A stretch of DNA of 62,864 bases, filler included, from Octopus bimaculoides (Eukaryota), in NCBI RefSeq assembly GCF_001194135.2. It is 4 parts of 4 records of this genome, joined end to end, with 100 filler letters (N's around TTAATTAATTAA, not from the genome) between each part and the next. Parts side by side here need not be neighbours in the genome. Positions count along the whole stretch, not along the records: positions 1 to 9,246 come from NC_068985.1; positions 9,347 to 28,835 come from NC_069005.1; 2 more parts are not named here. One strand, written 5' to 3'. The notes beneath the pieces were generated by a model that saw only the letters and a program-made list of their open reading frames with translations, did no database searches and had not been told where the DNA came from. Shown in pieces: positions 1-11,330 of the stretch. Position numbers and translations under genes: made by a program. Numbering within the stretch: position 1 is the first letter of the stretch; each line of letters starts with the position of its first letter.

Positions 1-298
1 TGTGAGTGCTTATTGAGCGAAAACACCTAAAGCTCCACGAGGCTCCGGCAGGGGATGGTTGTGAACCCTGCTGTACTCTTCCACCACAACTTTCTCTTAC
101 TTCCTGTTGTACCTGTAATTCAAAGGGTCAGCCTTGTCACACTGTGTCACGCTGAATATCCCCTAGAACTACGTTAAGGGTACATGTATCTGTGGAGTGC
201 TCAGCCACCTGCACGTTAATTTAACGAGCAGGCTGTTCCGTTGATCGGATCAACTGGAACCCTCGACGTCGTAAGCGACGGAGTGCCAACAACAACAA
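1..298 (+). mobile_element. SINE family A, 3' part (head cut by window start)
   Basis: Near-identical to the full copies at 41055-41444 and 55905-56296; ends in an (ACA)n tail. Confidence 0.9.
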
Positions 299-531
299 TG
301 TATGTATGTATTACTTTATTCTCTGTTTTATTTTTATTTTTCGTGTTACTTTTCTTAATTACTAGAGAAGGAAAATGCACAGAAACTTTATGCTGGAAAA
401 AATATATTTATGAAATAAAAATTTCTATATAAAATTTCTGTGCATTTGCCTTCTTTTACACACACACACACACACACACACATAAACAAACGAAGAGTTT
501 AGCACATCATTATTATAAGTTATAAGAAGAC

Positions 532-735
532 GGGCGAGCTTTGCAGAATCGTTACCGCGCCGGGTAAACTGCTTTTCCGTCCGTCACTATGTTGTGAGTT
601 CATATTCCGCCAAGGTCGACTTTACCTTTCATCCTTTCGGGGTCGATAAAATAAGTACCATTTGGACACTGGATCGATGTAATCGACTTATACCTTCCCC
701 GAAATTGCTGGCCTTGTGACAAAACTTGAAATCAT
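532..735 (+). mobile_element. SINE family B copy
   Basis: Head GGCGAGCT..GCAGAATCGTTA and core TTTCATCCTTTCGGGGTCGATAAAATAAGTACC shared with more than 10 copies in the window. Confidence 0.85.
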
Positions 736-1166
736 TACTATTAGTTAAAAGTGTTTCGATATTTTTCCATTTTTAACGCCATCGCACGTCAATGATTTCA
801 CGTTAAAAAATGTTGCGTAATTTTTCTGCAGATTACATTGGAGTGGTACTTCATCTCACTTTCATTAAAAGGTGCGTTTTTACATTGTATAACGGTCAAA
901 CATTATATTTTGCCTATATAAGGAATAAACACTAAGAATAATTGACATGTCACATAACTGCACGCGCACAAACATGTGACTTGAGTATATTTCTCATATT
1001 GGACATGTTGGATATGTTAAACATAACATATTCCTACGCGTTCACTTGATGTACATAGCCTCGAAGTGCTTGTTGAATAGTTGGGATTTTCATGCTTGCG
1101 ATATTAGTCTATGCGAAAAATATGAAGCAGTGTTGACCTTTAGCTCATTGTAGGTGCCTCATGTCA

Positions 1167-1348
1167 CCATATGAGTATATTCTTTTCTACTCTCGGCACA
1201 AGGCCCGCAACTGGTACTTAATTTATCGACCCCGACAGGATGAAAGGCAAAGTCAACCTCGGCGGAATTTGAATCAGAATGTAGACAGACGAAATAACGC
1301 TAAGCCTTTCGCTCGGCGTGCTAACGTTTCTGCTAGCTCGCCGCTATA
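1167..1348 (-). mobile_element. SINE family B copy
   Basis: Reverse complement of the family B head and core (CGACCCCGACAGGATGAAAGGCAAAGTCAACC). Confidence 0.85.
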
Positions 1349-1391
1349 ACCATATGAGTATATTTGATATGTGCATTTAAAAAAAAAAAAA

Positions 1392-1637
1392 CAAAGAGAG
1401 AATCCCGTTATTGTTTTGTGTTCAGTAGTGGTTTGTACTTTCTAATAAAGAATTCTTCTGTATATTTCCGGAAATGTTCGTTGTCCGACCATAACTAAAA
1501 TCTTCACAATCTTCCCCTTCTTTATGTTATGGTCGGACAACGACCATAACCTTTATAATTCTTCATTAGAAAGTACAAACCACTACTGAACACAAAAGAA
1601 TGATATTCCACTCCCCAATAACGGGATTCTCTCTTTG
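1392..1637. repeat. Foldback / inverted-repeat element
   Basis: Perfect inverted pairs 1392-1413/1616-1637 (22 bp), 1414-1446/1565-1597 (33 bp) and 1478-1495/1526-1543 (18 bp). Confidence 0.9.
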
Positions 1638-1848
1638 CTTTTTTCTTTTATAAGATGCATATATCCAAGTAGAAATGATGACACCTACTTTCAATCATTC
1701 GATCGTTGAAGAGAACAACAACCCTCGGAGGTCCACTACTGTTTCACTAATCCCCCTCCCCTCAATCTACATGTGAACTTAAATACTTAAATTCCTCTAT
1801 TTACATAATATCGAGGTCTCTTTCTGTCTTCTGTTGCCCTTTCTATCA

Positions 1849-1902
<54 letters not shown>

Positions 1903-3984
1903 ATATATACATACATACTTACATACATACACACACACATATATAGTGTAGATACGTATACATGTGTGTGTGTGTGCATATGCATGTATATGTAGGTATA
2001 TATAAATATACAGGTGTGAATGCATGTGTTAATATATGGGTTCGTATGAACTAGAAAAAATATATGTATGTGTGTAGATATACATATGTATACATATATA
2101 TATGTGTGTGTGTATGTATGTATACATATGTGTATGNNNNNNNNNNNNNNNNNNNNNNNNNNNNNNNNNNNNNNNNNNNNNNNNNNNNNNNNNNNNNNNN
2201 NNNNNNNNNNNNNNNNNNNNNNNNNNNNNNNNNNNNNNNNNNNNNNNNNNNNNNNNNNNNNNNNNNNNNNNNNNNNNNNNNNNNNNNNNNNNNNNNNNNN
2301 NNNNNNNNNNNNNNNNNNNNNNNNNNNNNNNNNNNNNNNNNNNNNNNNNNNNNNNNNNNNNNNATATACTTTTTGTTTGTTTATATGTAGGAAAGTAAAT
2401 ATGTGAGCTAGCATGATCTACCCCCACCTCTTCTCCCAAACCAATACAAAAAATACATTTATATCAACAAGCATTCCAAAACTAACCTTATATATTTTCT
2501 GCCTGGTATCATCCCCTTTTTATCAAATGACATGTATTTTACACCTCATTAACACCCCCCTTTCCCAGACACACACCTAAACTCATCTTTAATATAGAAA
2601 ATTACTGAAACGTCTCTTTATGAAATTATTATAGTTGATTCAGCCATAAGAGAATTTGTAAAACATCTGACCATTATATTTTTCACTAAAGGTCAACTAT
2701 TCGAATGGAACCAGCAAGAGGGCACTTTCACAGCCCCTTCATAAAACCTTCCTTAAATACCCCACCATCTCCCAACTCCACCCTCGAGCAATTATCTTGT
2801 TTTTACTATTCACTATTTTCTTTCAGCTCTTGTTCATCAACACTCTTTCACTCTCTCACTTATTAACAAACTCCAACCCCACCGTAGACACACCCAGATC
2901 TCTTATATATTGAATCACACAGCACAACACAACCTGAAATTAGTTGGACTCCAGGAAAGTTAACAAGGAATCTTTAAAAAATCTCCCCACCGAAGTTGAC
3001 AAAGAACTTACTAGATCTAAAAACCAAACTGTAAAATTATATTATTAGAGAATTAAATTGATTAGAACTACCAGTGAAATCATTCTTTTCCTTTTCAAAT
3101 ATATATTTGTATGTGTGTGTGTGTGTGTGTGTGTGTNNNNNNNNNNNNNNNNNNNNNNNNNNNNNNNNNNNNNNNNNNNNNNNNNNNNNNNNNNNNNNNN
3201 NNNNNNNNNNNNNNNNNNNNNNNNNNNNNNNNNNNNNNNNNNNNNNNNNNNNNNNNNNNNNNNNNNNNNNNNNNNNNNNNNNNNNNNNNNNNNNNNNNNN
3301 NNNNNNNNNNNNNNNNNNNNNNNNNNNNNNNNNNNNNNNNNNNNNNNNNNNNNNNNNNNNNNNNNNNNNNNNNNNNNNNNNNNNNNNNNNNNNNNNNNNN
3401 NNNNNNNNNNNNNNNNNNNNNNNNNNNNNNNNNNNNNNNNNNNNNNNNNNNNNNNNNNNNNNNNNNNNNNNNNNNNNNNNNNNNNNNNNNNNNNNNNNNN
3501 NNNNNNNNNNNNNNNNNNNNNNNNNNNNNNNNNNNNNNNNNNNNNNNNNNNNNNNNNNNNNNNNNNNNNNNNNNNNNNNNNNNNNNNNNNNNNNNNNNNN
3601 NNNNNNNNNNNNNNNNNNNNNNNNNNNNNNNNNNNNNNNNNNNNNNNNNNNNNNNNNNNNNNNNNNNNNNNNNNNNNNNNNNNNNNNNNNNNNNNNNNNN
3701 NNNNNNNNNNNNNNNNNNNNNNNNNNNNNNNNNNNNNNNNNNNNNNNNNNNNNNNNNNNNNNNNNNNNNNNNNNNNNNNNNNNNNNNNNNNNNNNNNNNN
3801 NNNNNNNNNNNNNNNNNNNNNNNNNNNNNNNNNNNNNNNNNNNNNNNNNNNNNNNNNNNNNNNNNNNNNNNNNNNNNNNNNNNNNNNNNNNNNNNNNNNN
3901 NNNATATATATATATATATATATATGGGGGGGGGGTACATATATACATACATACTTACATACATACACACACACACATATATTG

Positions 3985-4020
<36 letters not shown>

Positions 4021-4030
<10 letters not shown>

Positions 4031-4448
4031 AAAGTCAGGGTAAAATATGTACATGTTTGCTAGAAAGAAGAGTTAAAATTCTCCAAAGCCTTGCATCTCT
4101 CACTATATGTAAACATGCACGGAGAATGTAGCAAATATACGAAAAAATATATTAGCACGATATTGTTCGTTTGGAAGTCGCGGGGTCTTCAACTGAACAG
4201 ACGCGCATGGAATGGTAAATATATTTTTTTTAAATAGTTCCCGTAGTAAAGCAAGCTGATGATTTTTAAGTGCTATTCGGCACAGAAAGTAAAATCAATT
4301 GATTCTGAAATATCTATTCTTCTCTTTGTGGTTTTACAAATATGGAGAATTGTCTTTTAGCATATTTGCTACATTCTCCGTGCATGTTTACACATAATAA
4401 GAGAAGCGTAGCTTTGGGAAGTTTTAACGCTTCTGACTTTTAATAATA
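4021..4448. mobile_element. MITE-like element with ~90-bp imperfect terminal inverted repeats
   Basis: Perfect 31-bp inverted core 4108-4138/4362-4392, extended outward by imperfect matches 4067-4089/4411-4433 and 4021-4038/4433-4448; non-coding interior. Confidence 0.7.
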
Positions 4449-4539
4449 TATATTTTGCATATTTTAGTTATGTTTGTAGGTGTTACTTGTTTATGTTATT
4501 AATTACTATACCTTATAATCATGTATATCTTACTACTAG

Positions 4540-5085
4540 CATATGATTATGTTTCATATGGTTAGTACTAGTGTTGTCGTTTTTATTATACTTAATTTCA
4601 TATTCATATCCTGCCTTCTTAAGTGCCAGGTTATAATAGTCCTTATGTTTGTTAAATATTTCCTTGTTAGATGATAGTAGATTTATTCTTCTGTTTATGT
4701 TAGTGGTCAGGTTTTTATAATGCTATCGGAGTGGTTGCTGTGCACATTTATGTATGTAATTTTAGTGTTAGGTTTATGGTAAGGTTGGTAGGTAGAAGTA
4801 TTAAGGTTGAAGTTGACGTCTAGGAAGTTCACAGAGTTATCATTTTCAATGGTAATAGATAGTTCTTGGTTTTGAAAAAAAGTATGTAGTCTTTTTTTGT
4901 AGAGTTCTAGTTTTCTATTTGAGGTGTTCCTAACTAAGAATAAAGCGTCGTCGCGGCATGATCCACCTTCTAATTCAGGGAATTCTTCTTTAAATTTGTG
5001 CAGTAGGTATATTCCGACTAAACCGGTTACTTCTGCGGAGTCTTGTGCGCCCATGGGTACATCGAAGCAGTCTGGTGTATCTTTC
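4540..5085 (-). mobile_element. Penelope-like element (PLE) reverse transcriptase fragment, pseudogenised
   Basis: Translation FDVPMGAQDSAEVTGLVGIYLL..CRDD (YRDD motif mutated)..VNFLDVNFNLNTSTYQPYHKP..HSNHSDSIIK; after a frameshift near 4710 it continues TNINRRINLLSSNKEIFNK..YNLALKKAGY. These are typical PLE RT and thumb motifs. Confidence 0.9.
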
Positions 5086-5177
5086 CTGGTCCATATGTGT
5101 GTGTGTGCGTGCACGCGCGCGTATGTGTGTGTATACATATAAAATCAAAATAAGCAACAAGATATCAAGTAGTAATG

Positions 5178-6627
5178 CAGAACAATGTAATCATTACATC
5201 CATTTAAATGCAATGCTATCTTCAGCTGCGCAAATAAATAAACAGAATTTTAACAAGTAGGACACATTAATATAATTTTTGTAAAATATTTTTTAACAGA
5301 GTAAGAAGATGGAAGAAATTCATGTTGTCGCTATTGCAGCTAGGAATAGACTATAACTTCTAAGAATCGCATGGAGCATAGTGGGGTCATAGGGTTATAA
5401 GAGTTGTAATTCGTTTCTAATTCATTCATCTCTTTATCAACTACTAAGTCTGAGGCTAGTAGACTGTGTCTATTTTAAATAAAGGACAAGAGTAAGTTGA
5501 CAGCTCGTGGTTAGGTATGGTCATAAATATTATCATATATATCCCTTTGCCCCAGGGAGGAAATAAGACATTACGAGTAGTCAGTTGGACATAAGTAACT
5601 ATCTATAAAAAGAGGCAGGGTAGGCGTAGGCTTTAAATCATGATGTTAATTACCAGCTAAAGGGGCAAGACACAAACAAACCTAAGATGTTAATACAAAG
5701 GAAATTTTATTAGGGGCACAATGGGGGAATGTTTATAAACAATATTGTTATGCTGTATAAAAATAAAACTTAAGAATTCCAAAAAGGATATCATAAACAA
5801 AATAGGTAAAAGGTGTGTATATATCAATTATAAACATTAACCACATGGTTCCGGGTTCAGTCCCACTGCGTGGCATCTTGGGCAAGTGTCTTCTACTATA
5901 GCCTCGGGCCGTCCAAAGCCTTGTGAGTGGATTTGGTAGACGGAAACTGAAAGAAGCCCATCGTATATATGTATATATGTGTGTGTGTATGTTTGTGTGT
6001 CTGTGTTTGTCCCCCTAGCATTGCTTGACAACCGATGCTGGTGTGTTTATGTCCTCGTCACTTAGCGGTTCAGCAAAAGAGACCGAGAGAATAAGTACTA
6101 GGGTTACAAAGAATAAGTCCTGGGGTCGATTTGCTCGACTAAAAGCGGTGCTCCAGCATGAACGCAGTCAAATGACTGAAACAAATAAAAAAAAAGAATA
6201 AAAGAATCCATTCATCTCGCATAGACTTAAGTAACTAATATCAATTCAAGAACAAGAAAAATACAATCTATGGGGGATAAGAGGTTAATAATTAAGGGAT
6301 ATCAAATTAAGAAAACAAAATAATAAGAATTTATAGAAAATAATAGGAAATTCATATAACTTTCATATAAAGAGACAGGGGATTAAAATTAGAGGCAGGA
6401 AAAAGATAAAGACAACCCGAAAAGAGGGGGTAATAGGTATGGAAGTAGTGAGGGCAGTTAAAGATATTCAGACTAAAGAGATTTTATAAGTTGTAATATT
6501 ACAGGTGTTATTGTGTGTATGATTTAAATATTATATTAATGTGTCCTACTTGTTAAAATTCTATTTATTTATTTGTGCAGCTGGAGATAGCATTGGATTT
6601 AAATTGATGTAATGATTGCATTGTTCA
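5178..6627. repeat. ~100-bp inverted repeat pair (5178-5278 / 6529-6627), pLTR-like, next to the PLE RT
   Basis: The second segment reads as the reverse complement of the first with scattered substitutions; spacer ~1.25 kb. Confidence 0.8.
5838..6205 (+). mobile_element. SINE family C copy
   Basis: CCACATGGTTCCGGGTTCAGTCCCACTGCGTGG head, internal (TA)n(TG)n, tail GCTCCAGCATG..GACTGAAACAA; many copies in the window. Confidence 0.9.
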
Positions 6628-6734
6628 ATTAAGTGGAGTCACTTGAAACTTCACACATCTGTGAATGAATATATTTGTGATAATATACATATATATACAT
6701 ATATACCTACATACATACATATATACATACATAA

Positions 6735-6766
<32 letters not shown>

Positions 6767-6820
6767 ATACATACATACATACATACATACATACATACAT
6801 ACATACATACATACATACAT

Positions 6821-7505
6821 ACCAAGCCTGTATGTTGTGATAAAAAATGTCGGTTCTGTTAAACAAATCTGGAAGATTTCACTCACATCATCAGCTACCA
6901 CAAAATATCTACGAGATACTACCTGCTCCTGAGCCATGATATAGTTGCAAAGATTATTTACAATGCTATCCGCATGAAGGACTGCCCTAACAGTAGTAAC
7001 ATGAAAGGCCTGTCAGAACCATCAGGTACTCATACCTTTAAAAACAAGGAATACTGGTGGAAGACATCAATTCGATGCAAACATAGCAGACCTGATATTG
7101 TTCTGTGGTAGAAGGAACAAAAGCCATGCATTGTGGTAGGGGTTAGCTGGCCAGCGTATGTGAATATACAATCAAAAGTTCAGGAGGAGAGAACGTTTAT
7201 GATGAATTGATGTGGAACTTATAGCTCTTGTACCCCGACGATGAATTCTCGTTTGTACTTATCATTATAGGAGCATTAGGTTATGTACCAACAAATTTAC
7301 TCAAAAACCTGGACAAAAAGAGCAAAAGAAACTGGCGCGGATTCTCCAAATCCAATCTATCAGTGGAATTTTGAAGATTTATAAGACATTTCAAAGATTG
7401 GGTGTATGCATCGGCTGCTCAACCAACACACCAGTTCAACCACATATTTACAAACACCGGGAACTCTCTTAACACAAAGTCTTGCCACTCACTCAGTAAG
7501 AATTT
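6821..7505 (+). mobile_element. Non-LTR retrotransposon 3' end with CCHC knuckle and restriction-like endonuclease (RLE); CRE/NeSL/R4-type group, decayed
   Basis: Translation CRFC*..EDFTHIIS..YYL..HDIVAKIIYNAIR..EYWWKTSI..HSRPDIVLW..VSWP..VNIQSKVQE..LYPDDEFSFVLIIIGALGYVP, with several stops and frameshifts. Confidence 0.85.
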
Positions 7506-7557
7506 AAATTAAACATACATACATACATACATACATACATACATACATACATACATG

Positions 7558-7994
7558 CAAGCGAGCGCGGGGAGAGAAGGCCGCATCGCCTCCGAACCTG
7601 GCTCTCTAGCTCGATCCGCACCAGCATCTGCACCGGCACCGGCATCCGCACCTGCATCCGCACCGGCGCCCACACCGACCTCAGATCGAGAACCGTGTTG
7701 CTCTGCGAATTCTCGTTTCTGCAGCCCGCCACGGGGCTGCAGTAGCGGACACTACAATCAGCCGTCGACCGGACAAGTGACACGCGCTTGCCGGTGCCCG
7801 GTCCGCTCCTCCCCGCCGTCTACGGAGACGCGGACGGCCGATCATCTTCTTCGAACGACTCGTGAACGACGCCGGAGTAGCGCCTGGCGTGTTGGTAGAA
7901 TGACTGGAAAACTCGCTGCTCCTCCGTTTTTCTCCTCCGCCCGTCGCTGGTGCCGCCTGCACCGCTCCGCGATGGCGATAGCGACCGATGATGA
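7558..7994 (+). other. GC/CpG-rich segment, probable rDNA 5' external transcribed spacer fragment
   Basis: Abrupt GC-rich island with short GCACCGGCATCC-like subrepeats (7618-7680), directly abutting the 18S 5' end. ETS identity is inferred from position only. Confidence 0.6.
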
Positions 7995-8095
7995 TAGCTG
8001 GTCGATCTTGCCAGAAGTCATATGCTTGTCTCAAAGCTTATGCTATGCAAGTGTAAGTTCATGCTATAAACGAATGATGAAACTGTGAATGGCTC
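7995..8095 (+). pseudogene. 18S: 18S rRNA 5'-terminal fragment (~100 nt), diverged orphon
   Basis: TAGCTGGTCGATCTTGCCAGAAGTCATATGCTTGTCTCAAAGCTTATGCTATGCAAGTGTAAG...GAAACTGTGAATGGCTC matches the universal eukaryotic SSU start TACCTGGTTGATCCTGCCAGTAGTCATATGCTTGTCTCAAAGATTAAGCCATGCATGT...GAAACTGCGAATGGCTC; homology then stops. Confidence 0.92.
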
Positions 8096-9134
8096 TGGAA
8101 CCGGACCTAATCCTCGGGACCGTATTCTTCACCGCGCGAAGAGTGCAACCGGAGCCGCGATCGCAGGTTGCACCCGGGCGTCAGGCTGAAAAACGGCGTT
8201 CGGCAGACACCGCGGCTCCGCGCTACCACCGTCCGCTCGGCCGGTCCATAGCAGCTCCACACTCTCTCCCCGGTTGCGACGATATGGTCGGCCTTTTCCC
8301 TGTGAAAAAATTAGAGTACTCAGAGCACATTCACATTTGCCTTATAAATCTCTGATTTGCCTTATAAATTCACTGATTCTGCTATAAATAGTAAGTAGTT
8401 TCATTATACAGACTATAAATGTATTCGTCAGATTACACTTTACATAAATATTTAACTTAACATACTTGGAGTTCATTAATGAAGCGATGATAATAGATAA
8501 ATACAAATTCAGAAAAAGAACACAATACTAAAGCATTAACGTATTAGCTTTAACCTAAAAGCACGCTTAATATCACTATTGCTTGTCAACCCTTGTAAGT
8601 CTTCCTCCTCTAATTAGTAAATTTCTATTGTTCTATGCTTCTGTATTTCAATCTTGCTTAGTTTATCTAATCCTAATCCTAGCTGGGATTGGGTTCATTT
8701 TCATTGGCAATTGAACATTACCACATAGAGATTCTAATGATAAATACGATTAGTGTATATTTTTAATCTATGGACTAATTAGCTATAAATCTTTCCCCAT
8801 AGATTAGTTAGACGATCTCCATAAACGTACTGCTGTTCTTCCCTGGATTATACTAATAATGAAACTATTAACGTGAACTCGAGTGCTCTAATAATACTAC
8901 CATTTAAATATGAAATGTAGCCCGTTAGTTTGCTTCCAGTTTTATGGTTCTAATACTTAAGTTTACTTAGGTATATCTAATTCCACATTTTTAGCCTGTC
9001 GTTTCCATTTACATAATATGTAATCTAAAATATGGTATAATATATGCGAAGTTTGATAGGGGGATAAGTTGACAGCATATGAAGCATTGTAGGACTGTAT
9101 GTGCGTGGATATCATCTATCTATCAATCTATCTG

Positions 9135-9171
<37 letters not shown>

Positions 9172-9191
9172 TTATCTATCTATATATCTAT

Positions 9192-9233
<42 letters not shown>

Positions 9234-9246
9234 CTCCCTCTCTCTC

Positions 9247-9346
9247 NNNNNNNNNNNNNNNNNNNNNNNNNNNNNNNNNNNNNNNNNNNNTTAATTAATT
9301 AANNNNNNNNNNNNNNNNNNNNNNNNNNNNNNNNNNNNNNNNNNNN
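9247..9346. other. Artificial scaffold-join linker N44-TTAATTAATTAA-N44
   Basis: Exactly 100 nt, with stops in all six frames; identical structure recurs twice more. Confidence 0.95.
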
Positions 9347-10254
9347 AAAAGAAAAGCATTTAACAATATTACTGAAAATAAATGCAATACTTATCTTATC
9401 GAAGCTTTAGTTTAAAGTAAAATTTTAAACGTTAAACTTTTAACGTAGCGTTTATTAGAATTAAGTCGCGTGAAAATATGTCTTAAATAAAAGTAATAGA
9501 ATAAAGAGATATAAAATATGTATTTAAGTTGTTTTTTTATAAAAGCAAAATGTATTTTAGCTGTAATCATAATAAAAAATTAACTGTATTATAAACATTT
9601 ACTGGAAAATTTTAAATTCTAAATACTTTTAAAGTCTAATAAATTAAAACTAAAATACGTAAATTAGATAATATACACAATTAGCTAAACTTATATAAAC
9701 AATCTAATTTATGTCTACATTTAATTTTAGGTTCATCGAGGGAGTTAATCAAACTATTATTATTCTTTAATATTTATTATGTTATACTTTTTGATTTTTA
9801 TTATAGGTCTTTTTAGTGTATTTACTTATTAAAGTTTTCTATATGTGATTGTGGATTTTCATGGATGAATTAAATAATTGTGGTATTTTTCTCTAAATTG
9901 TGTATTATATATATATATATATGCACACACATATATAAATGCATGTATGCTTGTATGTATAAATTATGTATGTATGTATGTATTTAATGTATATCTACAT
10001 ACTTACACACTCACACACATATGTGTATACTTCTCAGTTTTGAATCAACGTATTTATTTATAAATAATCATTAACAAAAGACTACTTCCGACGGATTGAA
10101 TTCTCAATCTTTTGCCTGCTCCCTATATAAGGTCTCCCTCAAATTACTTAGCAGAAATGTTTGTTTGTTTGTTTATCTATCTCAACCGTTTCGCAATTAA
10201 CTACTCAGCAACTCAGATAACATCTGTAGGTGCAGGTTGCAACTATCTAATACA

Positions 10255-10372
<118 letters not shown>

Positions 10373-10504
10373 GAACATATATAAATATATACAGCTCTTA
10401 TATGTTCTACGTTCACAAGTATTTCCCATTCAGCACCTCATCCACAAGCAGGAAGTCGGTTTTACTACTGTAAAATTTCACTAAATCAGTTAAGACTGTT
10501 CCCT

Positions 10505-11330
10505 CAACATTTATCTCACTTGTCCCATAGATAATCAATTCGCTACTCAAGCCTCAACAGGAACTGTATTTTAGAACTAACATAGCAATATGTCATACAT
10601 CTTTTACCAATAGAAATCGTATTTTACTGTTTTTTAGCATAGAAATGTATCCCTTATTTACCTACCGCAGCTAACATTACTTCCTTAACATCTATCTCAC
10701 TTGGGTCACAAATGATTCATCAACTGCTCAGTCACCAACAGCAAATGTGTTTTACTTGTGTAACAGCAATGCTTCTTATATCTACACAGCAGTTAATGTT
10801 GTTCCTCACCATCTATCTCATTTGTTTCATAGATAATTTAGTAACCACTTAGTCACCAGAAGGAAATCTAAAATAGTAATGTATCGCCATCCTATTATAT
10901 TGAACACGGCGTCTTACTTGTTTCATAGATAACTGTTCAGCCACTCGGCCAACAATAGGAAATCTATTTTACAACTGTCAAACGCAGTATCACAGATCTA
11001 TCCCGGTATCACAGATCGAACACTTCTATCTCTATAGTTTCATAGTTAATTAATAAGCCACTCGGCCTCCTGCAATATGTGTATTTTACTATTGCGTAAC
11101 ATAGCAATATATCACTTATTTACCGTAGTTAATACATCTATCTCACTTGTTCCACAGATAATTAATCAGTCACTCAGCCACCACCAGCAAATTCCTTTTA
11201 CTTCTAACACAGAAATATCTAATAAATCTACAGCAGTTAATACCGGTACCTCAGCATCTAGCTTACTTGTTTCGAAGATAACTATTCAACCACTGAGTCA
11301 CCAGTGGCGAATGTATTTTGCTGCTGTCTA
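10505..11330. repeat. Degenerate tandem array, ~7 units of ~100-120 bp
   Basis: Recurring ATCTATCTCACTTGTTTCATAGATAA...CACTCAGTCACCA motif starting near 10509, 10690, 10811, 10911, 11024, 11136 and 11256. Confidence 0.8.

Noticed and set aside
7555-8355. 177-aa, 117-aa and 88-aa ORFs in the GC island
   Set aside because: They overlap the 18S fragment; GC-rich rDNA-like DNA is depleted of stop codons.
9347-9900. Very AT-rich tract as a possible mitochondrial insertion (NUMT)
   Set aside because: No recognisable mt rRNA motif or mitochondrial protein translation was found by eye.
10505-11330. Repeat-spacer pattern as a CRISPR array
   Set aside because: Eukaryotic context, degenerate repeats, linkers related to each other, no cas genes.
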